Shown here piece by piece: positions 53,401-64,000 of a stretch of 64,000 nt of DNA. This stretch comes from Gnetum montanum (Eukaryota; Plantae; Gnetophyta): NCBI GenBank assembly GCA_015680685.1, contig MNCI01002038.1, forward strand, positions 553,950 through 617,949. The letters run 5' to 3'. Positions within the stretch are counted from its first letter, which is position 1. Each line of letters opens with the position of its first letter. Both the position numbers and the translations under genes were made by a program. Under the pieces are notes generated by a model. It was not told the DNA's origin. It saw nothing but the letters and a program-made list of their open reading frames with translations, and made no database searches.

Positions 53401-53679
53401 CTTTCTGCAACTGGGCTTTGGACTAGCAATAGCAGAGTTCCTTGCTGCCCTTTCATGCATAGCAAATAAATGCTAGAAAAAATATTAAGGTTTTTATGAT
53501 AAAAATCAAATCAAGATAATCTTAATTTTCTTTTAATCTGTATTCTGTTTTAAGCTTTAATGTCTGTTTGTGTACATCATTCATATGTTTATCTCATAAA
53601 TTTTCTTTTACTTTTCTAACTGTTTCAGGACATATCTAAGGAGACGCTTATTTACATTTTGCAAGCTATCATTTTCAAC

Positions 53680-54022
53680 ATGGTTAATGCAATTAAAGGC
53701 ATTCTTATCAGCTGGTAAGCTCTGTATAGGATCTGATTTTCTCACTTTCGACCTTTTGTATTATTTCCATGCTTATTTGCTCTGTATATTATTTCCATTA
53801 ATGTGTAACCCTTCCGTTTTTCTTTGTTGCAATTACTGTCACAGTGACATACCAATGGCTGAGTTTATTATTAATATGAATAATGCTTCGAAGAATCATG
53901 ATAAGTTCATCATCCAGATACTTGACAGTACGCATATACTTGTTCAACCTAATGCGGCTGATCGCATTCAAAGTCAGATTAATGAGTTCCGTAATAAAAT
54001 AACATATGAAAAACCGGCTTGA
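53680..54022 (+). CDS. TFB5: General transcription/DNA repair factor TFIIH subunit p8 (Tfb5/TTDA); exons 53680-53714 and 53845-54022, 70 aa
   Basis: Splicing a 130-nt GT-AG intron (53715-53844) gives MVNAIKGILISCDIPMAEFIINMNNASKNHDKFIIQILDSTHILVQPNAADRIQSQINEFRNKITYEKPA*, the classic Tfb5 pattern (MVNxxKG..SCD.PM..FI..LDxTHx.V). An upstream acceptor at 53628 implies a 5'-UTR intron. Confidence 0.96.
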
Positions 54023-54700
54023 TCGTAGATGCATTCAAAGTGCAGTTGAGAGGCCAGTGGCTAATGTATTAGAAAAATAGTGTATTTTGATTTCGTATTC
54101 TTAATACCCTTTTTTACGGTTGTATGGAATATTATAGTTACAAATTTGGTTGTTTTGTTTTACATGTTACATAGAATACTTGGTAAATTTTTTCTCAATG
54201 ATGTTTTCAAAACTCATGAATGTTTTTACTGATACTGATCCAAAAGGTATACTGATGTAATAAAATTTCAATTATGATTTCATGGCAAAAAATTACATTG
54301 ATAGTGTTCAAAATTATTTCCATCCGTTCTCCCTAGTTTGTCACCAGAAATGTGTACAGAAGATTACACTAGTAATTATCTTCAGCTTCACTATAGGTAT
54401 TTGTACGTGTCTACATTATGTTATTTAAAATTTAAATTATATGAGTGCAAATGTCTGTATATCTTCTATATTCACAGCAGAAAGGGATCAGTGTAAATTG
54501 TCTCATTTGAAGACCTGGAATCTTTAATGTTCTTATTTGACATTTGTTTTTTCAGTTGAAAACATTTCTGTCCAGCACCAATGATTAATACGCAGGCTAA
54601 TAAAGTCAATAGTTCGTTAGCCAAAATATTGAAAATTATCCAACGTTATTCAGGTAAAGCCATTGGTAGAGATGCTGCATGGAGAGATACATCATTAAAA

Positions 54701-54812
54701 TATCGATTGATTGTTTCGGAACCTTCGGAAATATATCAGTCTGGGCATGGTATTAGTATCGATTGATTGTTTCGGAACCTTCGGAAATATATCATAGTCT
54801 GGGCATGGTATT
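54701..54812. repeat. 56-bp near-perfect tandem duplication
   Basis: TATCGATTGATTGTTTCGGAACCTTCGGAAATATATCA..GTCTGGGCATGGTATT twice (54701, 54757). Confidence 0.9.
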
Positions 54813-54835
54813 TTCGTTTTATTTGGCTGAGAGGC

Positions 54836-55225
54836 CACTAACAGTCATAAATCGGTAACAATAACGCTAAATAATATTGTCCCTAGGGAGAAGGTATCCA
54901 GAAATGCTAAATAATATTTTTTGTTTATAACCTTCTAGGGAGAAGGTATCAGTTCATAAAGCTCTAAGAAGAACGTATCGGTAACCTTAAATAATATTTT
55001 ATCTATAAGTAACGTTTAATAATATTTTGTCCATAATGTTGTAGGAAAAGGGTATAGTAATGTTAAATAATATTTTGTTCATAGCGTTCCAAGGAAAAGG
55101 TATTGGTAATGTTAAATAATATTTTTTCAATAACATTCCAATGATAGGGTATCAATAACAGAAAATAATATTTTATCCATAACACTTCCAAAGAGATTTT
55201 TGGGAACATTAAATAATATCTAGGG
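54836..55225. repeat. Degenerate tandem array (TAAATAATATTTT...AAGGTATC), possibly the subterminal repeats of a CACTA element end
   Basis: About 8 units with AAATAATAT; CACTA at 54836-54840 just before the array; no matching opposite end found. Confidence 0.5.
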
Positions 55226-58058
55226 AGAATTTATTAGATTTCTAATTTTTTTGGATTTCCAGATTTGACATGTGGACTTTGTTTTGGTTATGATACCTTG
55301 AAAATAATTTTAAAATTTTAAAAAAATTAAAATAAAAAATGATTTCCATATCCCATAAATAATATTTACATATAAATATCCGCATAAACCTTGGAAGAGC
55401 TACATGGTGTGCATGGTGAGCATGACCACGTGGGATGGCTACAACATCAAGTTGCGTTGGATGATTTCCATGTTGGAATCAACGGTGGTATTGACATCGA
55501 ATAATTGAGATAGGTGTTGGTGTCACAGAGGGTGTTGGTGTCACAGAGGGCGTCGGTGAGCACGAGGATGGCGCCCTAGCTGAAGTAATCATCAACATAG
55601 AGTAGAGTGACATTGCACCATGCAAAATGGGTGACCATGTCTACGATGGCTTGCATCTACACAGCATCGTTGCAAGATAGGACAAGTGCATCCAGAAAGG
55701 GAAGTGGGCCATGGACAACCATGGGCTCAATGTCACGAATGTGAGCAGAGGCATGTTGCCAATATGAGCAGAGGCTGGGAGTGAGAACATACAAAAACTA
55801 CTACAAATTCTTTTTTCTAAAACCCATTGTTACGAAAAACTTGATACACAAACCTTGTTCGTTGTCTTAAAGTCATGCAAATTTTAATCCTTAAATCTTG
55901 TTCTAAGTTGTGAAATTATTTACTGAAATAATTTATTACTTGTTTACGAATAAGATTCTCTTAAACCAAATTATAGGTAGATATTATAAATATATAACTA
56001 AGCTAGTTATTATGATTCATTTAGAAGAAACTCAACACACAACTGTTATGAATGGCATGGAATGTGTCGATTTACATAGGTTAGGATTTTGTTAGCTATA
56101 CTAGAATCATATATCAATATACAAAAATAGATACAATGGTAAGTTGTTTGTTTCTTAAGTTACATGGTTTGGGTTTAAGCATGAGCTTTCTATTAAGAGC
56201 TTACTTAGCATGATGAGTAGTAGCACTATGGGCATTCACCTTATAGGTGATGACCCTTTGATGGAAGGCTAATGAAAATCTTTTCCATGTTTAACTAACC
56301 CTTAACTAATTATTGGATTTTTTTCATGGCTTAGCACTAAAAAATTAATGATAGTTTTGAACCAGTTGTGAGTTATTTGTATGTGAATTTCATGATAGAC
56401 CAATAGTTTATGTTTGCTCTTGCAAAATAGAAACTTATTCATTATATATATAAAGGGAGGAATGGGGAAGAGGGGGCTAGTAATTTGCCTATGTCATGGT
56501 GGTGGTAACTATTATTAAAGAATATTTTGGGTTCCAACACCTTTGAAAGAATTTGACTATAGGGATACCTCAAGACATGTAACCATCATGATATATTAGA
56601 AGAATTATAGAGAAATATAATAATGCCTCAAATGGCAATCTCTTTCCCACAAATCCTTGTCACACAAAGAGTTAACCTCTTAATCCACCTCTTATTGGAT
56701 ATTATATTCAAATGATACTTAAAGTATTGTGGGTTATAATCTAGTTGAATTGCATATGCTATAATACAAGAAGTTTTGAAATAGATAATAATGATGTTGA
56801 ATCTTAATTGAACAAATTCTATATTTTATTATTTTAAGATTATATTATTAGATAAGTTGTAATTTAAACGAATAAGTTGATTGTGGCCTCTAGCTTGGTA
56901 GGACAGCTTCAATGTTATTGTTGTTACTAATAAAGGATCAAAAAGGATTATCACTTGGAGTCTTAATGCTCATCCCATCAATGGTGCCCTAAGAAGGTTA
57001 GTGGATGAGTAAAAGCCTACCCTCTTTGAGTGGTTGCACCTGGTTGTTATGATTGGCAAATGTAATTGTCAAGAATTTAATAGGTATGTCAACAAGTTTA
57101 GAAATTTCAAAATGCATAGGTTGGAGAAGTACTATTAATTAATCATTTAGTTGCATATTACAATGATTTTTAAGTTAATAATTGTTGACAAAATGTTGTC
57201 CCCTCCATTTTATTTGGACAAGGCTAGGATGATCTTGCATGGAAGGGAGGGATGGGGTGGATGTGGGGTGTGCAAGGATGGGTGTTGGAACCCCAAAATA
57301 ATTGTAATATAGGTACATCCCCAAATATATAACTTAGCATTGCCCACCAAAATCAAACCTATGACTTGGAGCTTCTAAATTGCCCATGAGTGGGAGGGAG
57401 GGAAGAGGTGTTGGACCCTAAAAAAATATTAACAATGAGCAAAGAAAATTCAAAGTACATCACAAGTTTGACACCAAGTAGACATTATAAAAAATATGAA
57501 AAGAAAAAACTTTTTGATTTTAGGATTATCTACTCAAGTGTATAGCATTACAAATGATGCATTGCAAAAATAAGGGGGGAAGAAAATTAATTGTTAGTAG
57601 GGAGGAAGATCAAAATCAGTATTCTTACCACTAGGCTAGCACCTCATTTTTTCAAGGCTAGGATGACGACGACAATGACTTGTTAATAACATAATACAAG
57701 TAAATTTAATTGAATTGAGCTTTTTTTATTATGTCTTATTATCTAGGGCATGCATCTTGCATCCTATTATCATAAGTTAGATCTTGAGAGGTTGTTAGGA
57801 TATACAACTATTTTGGAAAACATTATTGAAACTAAATTGGTCCAATAGCTCCATTGAGTATATTGGATGTAATTAAAAATAATTTTAGTTTTGTTATGTC
57901 ATAGATTTTCTATAATAATATATCTTAATGCAACTAATTGGGATTGAAATTATGACTTTTGCATTAGTGATAGGTGGCTTAAGTGCTCACCTCATTGTCT
58001 TGTGAGGTCAAAGGTTGTTGATTTGAGCTGTACTTGAGGCATCATTCTATTCCTCTTA

Positions 58059-61000
58059 CATCATCATCATCATCCTAGCCTTGTCCCAACAAAATGGGGT
58101 CGACTACATGAGTTCTTTTTCACCATTTACCTCTATGAAGAGCTAAGTCTTTATTTAATTGTAGTTTCTTCAAATCATTTTCAATCATTTTTTTCTGTCT
58201 TCTTTGGTCTTCCTTTCGATGGCTTTCCTGAAATAGTGGTATAGCAAGCTTTGTTTATTGGTTCATTGTATGATCTCCTTTGCACATGTCCACACTATCT
58301 AAGTTGCCATGCTTGTTGCTTATTTGAAATAAAAGCCATTATAAGTCTTCCTCTGATGTCTATATTATGTAGTTTATCTCTTCTAGTAACATTCAACATC
58401 TATCGAGAAGATGGAATTTCCTCCAATTGCTTGGGCATTGGGAATTTTGGGAAGCAAACCTTTTGGTGAAAGATCTTTCAGTAGGACAAGCTCATCACAA
58501 AATGATTGGGGAAGTTTTTTTTTTTTTGAAGTAGTTGCCCTGTTATGTTGAGGTTCAAGGGTGCATGTAAAGGATTAGTTTAGTAGGAGGCAATGGAGAA
58601 TTTCCTCGACCTTTCATGATGATAATAGACATGGCCAATTCACTAGAATTCTTAACATCCTTAAAAAACATAGTACCTCCTCCCTAAAAAAATCAACTCA
58701 TGAAGATACCTTTCATTTTGCTTCAACAAATGATACCTTTCATTTTGCTTCAACAAACCACAAATAGTGAATCTCATATCTTTATATATAATCCTTTACT
58801 AAAGTGAGGGGATGGAATTTTATTTGGGGGATGCATTGTTGACCAAAGGGAAGGTTTCATGCTTAGTTGTTGACTCATCATGTAGAGCTCACTCAAGATA
58901 AATTCTAGTAATAGGGTTTTGCCATGGCCTCCTACTATATCCTTTGCTATAAGATGACTGAAATTGCTACATACCTTTTCAAGGAATATTTGTTTACAAA
59001 GGCTATGAGTTTATTCATGTGCATGTGGACTAGGATCCTATGGGATCAATATTAGGTAATGATTACAAAAGGGTCCATCATGCAAACACACTTGCATGAG
59101 ATTTCATTATGGGTGAATGTTGCCTGGGAGATTTTTCTTGAGTGGAATGGTTGCACTTTTCATGCAAAGTGCCTAAACTCTCCCTATAAATGCATCTCAA
59201 AAGCATTCGCCAACTTTCACTTATGGGAAAACATTCATGAATGTTCAATGATAATGTTCAATACTCACGACTCCTTGTGAAATGAGTCAACATGGTACTC
59301 ATAAATTATGTGCTCCTCTACTTTTCTAGACATGCATACCCTATGCTAAATGAACTTTATGATGTTGTGCATGAATATCTTTTGATTGTTGGTTTCAATG
59401 CCTTATAGAAATGCCTAGAAATTTTTGATTAACTGGAAACAGGGTTGGGATTCTCTTCCCCCATAGCTGATGCATGATCCTTCTAATGGTTTGATTCCTA
59501 GTTAGCTTCATGATCTAAGTGTTCATCTGTGTGTTTGGAGGATTTTTTTTCCCTCCATGATGATATTGCTATTGTAATTTCTGATTTTGGATTTTCCCCT
59601 CTTGTTATATAAAAGACTAGACTTTCCTTCAAAAAACATTCAACATACATCAAAGCATATACATTTATGCCACATTGATTTATTGTTCATGCCTCTTTTG
59701 TATAGTCCAGCATTGAACACCATATAAGATAGCAAGCATGATTGTTGTCCTATAAGATTTTTCTTTCAATTTTATTAGTATTCTTTTATCACATAGAACA
59801 CCACTAGAGTATCTCCATTTTTTAACTATCCTGCCTCAATTCTATTTCTTATATCTTTATCAGCTTTGTCATTTGATTGGAGGATTAATCCTAAGTAGAG
59901 TAATTGTTTACAATGAGGAACTTTTTTTCCTTGAATTATCACCTCTATTTCACTAATGTTTATGTTGTTATTAAAATTAGAGTTCATACATTTTGTCTTA
60001 CTTCTACTAATTTTTAAGCTTTTTGATTCTAAAGCATGTCTCTATTTCTCCATTTTAGAAGTAATATTTTGATGAGTTGTATCCACCAACATAATATCAT
60101 CTACAAATAGCATACACCAAGGGATTTCATCTCGTATTTCTTTTGTTAATTTATCCATAATAATGGCAAATAAGTACAGGCTAAGTTCAAACCCTTGATG
60201 TAGACCTATTGTAACTGAAAAATTAGATGTTGTTCCATAATTTGTTCTAATTTTAGTGGTAGCTCCTTCATACATGTCTTGAAGTAGTTTAATATATTTA
60301 TTAGAGATGTTTTTCCTCTTCAAGGCCCATGATATAATGTCTTTAGGTACTCTATCATAAGCTTCTTCCAAGTCAATGAAGATTATATGTAGATTTTTCC
60401 TATGTTTTTTAAATTTCTTCATCAATTTTTGTATTAAGAAAATAGCCTCTATAATAGATCTCCCTTGCATAAATCCAAATTGATTTTTTGATACTATTGA
60501 TTCAATTCTAAAATACTACTCTATAACTCTCTACCAAAGCTTCATAATATGATTCACAAGCCTGATCGCTCTATAGTTTGCACAATTTTGTACATCTCCT
60601 TTATTTTTGTAAATGGGAACAACAAAGCTTTTTCTCCAATTGTTGGGCACTTTTCCATTGTTCAAAATTTTGTTAAATAATTGTGTCAATCAAGAAACTC
60701 TTATCTCTACAAATACTTTCCAAGATTCTATAGGAATGTCATTTAGTCCAACAACTTTTCCATTTTGCATCTTTGATAATGTTATATTCTCCCAAGAGGA
60801 TGAAAGCTTATTAACCAAACCAGAATTTGGTTCTTCTTCTTGGATGTCTTCTCTTGGGAGTTCTTCATTTACTAATTCTTGAAAGCAAATTTTGCACCTA
60901 TTCAAAATTTCATTGTCTTTTACTAAATTGTTTTCATTTGCTTTCTTGATACATTGGACATGATCAATGTCCTTACATTTCTTGTTTATATTTTTCTACT

Positions 61001-62440
61001 TCATTTATTCCTAATTTTTCATAAAAGTTATCCAATGCCTTATGTTTAACTTTGGCTAATTCTACAATTTCCTCCTTCTTTGCCATTTTGTATATCAACC
61101 TATTTTCTTGGCCACTACTTTGCTACCATTCCTTAAAGCTTTTTTTGTTGTTTTGGATAGCATGTTGCACTTCATCACTCCACCATCATGCTTTCTTTGG
61201 AATATATTTTTTTCCTTTTATTTCACCCAAAATGTTCTTTCCAATTTTATGAATGCAACTTTTCATTTGGCTCAAAATTAAATTTTCAAAGCGATCCCAA
61301 TTCCAAGTGCCTTCATGAAGCAATTATTTTTTGAATAAGGTGATGTTATCTTCCTTCAAATTCTACCATTTTATACATTTAGTCCCTTTTTATGTTCTAT
61401 TTTTTAACCTTTATATAGCTATGTCCATGACCATTAGTCAATGTTGAGTTTTAAGGCACTCTCCAAGTATGATTTTGCAATCTTTGTAGATGGCTCAATT
61501 TCTTTTATGTAGCAAGAAATAATCAATTTGTATTTTATGCATACCACTTTTATATGTGATTAAATGTTCTATCCTCTAATTAAAACAAGTATTTACAATT
61601 GCAAGGTCATATACACTTGTGAATTATAGTAGTAAATCTCCCATATCATTGTGCCCTCCAAATTCATGTCCCTCATGAATCTTGTCATATCCCATTTTCA
61701 TAGATCCAACATGATCATCAAAGTTCCCTCTAATGAATATGCTTTCTTGTTGTGAAATTTCTTGAAGCATCTAATCCATAAAATCCCAAAAATCATGTTT
61801 GATGGAATTATCTAGGTCAATTTATAAAGCATATATACTAATGACATTGATGAACTCATTTCCAAGCATAAGTTCGATGTCCATAATTCAATCGTCATGG
61901 CAATATACTTGTACCACTTTATCTTTGATACATTGATCAATCATGATAGTCACTCCATTTCAGTGATTTTCTTTTGTTGAGTAGAAGAGTTTGTAATCCT
62001 AACCTAAATCTTTAGCTTTCTCCCCTTTCCTTCTTGTTTTCTTGGAGGCAGGAAATGTAGATTCTTTATCTCTTCATGGTGTTAGTAATTTTAGAGGTCT
62101 TTTTATTGAGCGTATTAATGGTCTAGATTATCATCAGAAATTTCTATCATTGGACTTGCTTCTTTATCCATACTTGTTCCTAATGTGGAAATCCTTGTCT
62201 ACTTTTCACAACATTTAGGTGATAATGTTACACGTTATTTCTGAAGGATGTCCTAGTAAGACCTTTTCCATAGCAACTAGGTGTTATGACTATCGCACAT
62301 TGCATCTAGGGAATGTCCTAACATCTACAAAATTTTGAAAAGAACTCATCTATGAGATATGACAAGGTTTTAATGCCAGCTACCAACTTGATGCTAACTC
62401 TTCTTCTTTTCGTATCGAGCTTGGGATTGATATTGGTAAT
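58059..62440 (-). mobile_element. Near full-length decayed RTE-clade LINE (APE endonuclease plus RT), split by an L1 insertion
   Basis: APE remnants ~61400-62100 (YKLFYS, NGV.I, INVISIYA); RT IFIDLEEAYDRVP, GLHQG, PWCMLFVDD (60042-60470); 3' end with (ATG)n tail seen as (CAT)n at 58059-58074. Confidence 0.88.
58400..59634 (+). mobile_element. 5'-truncated L1-like 3' fragment inserted in the RTE
   Basis: 12-bp TSD AACATTCAACAT (58388-58399, 59635-59646), short A-tail before the right TSD, and decayed zf-RVT-like start. Confidence 0.65.
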
Positions 62441-62537
62441 GTTATCATTCTATTCCTCTCTAATTATTCTAAAATATCATGTTGGCTATATGTCTTTGAG
62501 TATTCTTATAGTTATTATTTTACTTTTAACAAAGATG

Positions 62538-62685
62538 TGTTAGCCTAATAGTAAGACACTTGATTTTAAAGCTCTAGGTCATGGGTTCAATTTTGGTGGG
62601 CAATGTTGAGTTATATAAAGTTCTAATTGGACTATACATCTTGAAGTATACCTATATTTTACTTATTTTGAGTTTCAACACCCCA
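62538..62685 (+). mobile_element. tRNA-derived SINE-like element
   Basis: A-box-like TAGCCTAATAGTAAG and B-box-like GGTTCAATTT at tRNA spacing; second copy at 50328. Confidence 0.5.
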
Positions 62686-63921
62686 TTATTTTAGTTCTAA
62701 TTCTTCTAAAATATCAAGTTGGCTATATAGCTTGGGGTGTACTTATAATCATTATTTTAGGTTCTAACACCATCCTCCGTTGGCATGAAAATTAGGAATT
62801 GGAAAATGTGAATTATATGTCTTAACAAAGTAGATACATCTTGTTGATTCATTATTTATTTATAACCTACAGCTATGTTAATCTTTGGGTAAATAACAAA
62901 GGTTACCATCCTCAACAATAGATTTTTTTTAAAAAAAACCTAAATTTAAAGTTGTCTTAGTGATAATAGTCTTAGCATGGATGGTAAGGTACTTGAATAT
63001 GTCCAATGGGTACATATATTCATATCATTCTAAATAATGAGGTAAATTTAGCAATAGAAATATCAACTTTTGGAGGATAAACTTGGTAACTCTACATTTT
63101 GCAAGCCAAGTGTTTGAAATTTTGTCGATCTTCTACCACTCGATTAATATTATTTGTAATGCCACTAGATTTAGTACGTGATCCTTCAAGCAGAACCACT
63201 ACTTATTTGTCATTCTACAAATTGCATGATGATTTATATGAATTTATTACTCAAAAAAATTTATGAAAGGTATGTTTTTATACAAATTCTAAGTTATTTA
63301 CCTTGTTTCTTAAGTTTTTTGAGTCATTTAAATTTGGTTTGGAAAGATCAAAGTTTAGATGTTGTCCATGCTTGTTATTTGTAAAACTCATTTTTGTAGG
63401 TAGAATTTGTTGATTTGATGATGGTTTTTAAGGCCCTTGATATCAATGTTTTTAATCATCATCATGCTTTATTGATTATTTGAAAGTGTATTCCCTTTTT
63501 TAATCTAGCATCTTCTAAATTTCAAAAGGTTCCTTGTTTTGTTAAATTGTCAAATCTTCCATTAATTTTTAAAAAAGTTGAAAGGGAAGTTCTCTCTCAA
63601 ATTGGGCCAATCAAGCATTGTAAAATCCTAATTGCAAGTAGTGGTTTTCATAAAATTCAATATATGATTAAAGTGGATCTTGATTCACTTAAGCGATAAA
63701 TCCTTCTGCATGCTAGCATAATTAATTATGCATAGAAGGTTATTTATTACAATTTTCCAAAGCCATGTCACTATTATCATTGAGAGAGTTATATGTTTGA
63801 TTCATGTCCTTTTATGCTGTGAAAAAAGGCTATGCAAGCATGTCAGCAACAAGCTATTGCAAGTGCTACCAAGGTTTCTTCTTTAAATTTTATAGATGCT
63901 ACAAAGTTCTTTTTTATAGAT

Positions 63922-64000
63922 TGATGAGACGCGATTCGCATGAGCCACAATATTGTGGCCGTCGCGATATCGCATCGTCCCCTACGATGTCACGTACGCG
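63922..64000 (+). repeat. Start of another Athila-like LTR (runs off the window)
   Basis: TGATGAG start followed by CGCGATATCG-type units as in 20038-20130. Confidence 0.7.

Noticed and set aside
53687-54022. 111-aa single-exon ORF from the ORF track
   Set aside because: Its N-terminal half is out-of-frame exon 1 plus intron read-through; the spliced 70-aa TFB5 model fits the family.
63350-63920. Possible decayed coding fragment on the minus strand
   Set aside because: No motif I could assign.

Overview
AT-rich eukaryotic (land-plant) nuclear DNA with three short N gaps, made up mostly of nested, decayed retrotransposons. It is not prokaryotic and has no CRISPR array. Host genes: an intact two-exon TFIIH p8 gene (TFB5/GTF2H5, 53680-54022) and the apparently disabled 5' exons of an RRP14/SURF6 gene (25255-26102). 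Mobile content: an Athila-type gypsy remnant (-); a Tat-type gypsy with order gag-PR-aRH-RT-RH-INT; a TSD-flanked, pol-less Athila-like element (gag plus a putatively spliced env-like 3' ORF) inserted in an L1; a full-length decayed Ty1/copia with TSD; three TSD-flanked solo LTRs; two more Tat 3' halves; four L1 copies; RTE LINEs; tRNA-derived SINE-like heads. The main candidate novelty is a GC-rich L1 (41814-45331, -). Its ORF2 continues in frame past the zinc finger, not into RNase H but into a domain resembling the LTR-retrotransposon env-like/'Transposase_32' extra-ORF domain, followed by a coiled coil. All calls were made by eye from motifs and manual translation; no database search was run. 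A non-flowering plant origin is only an inference.
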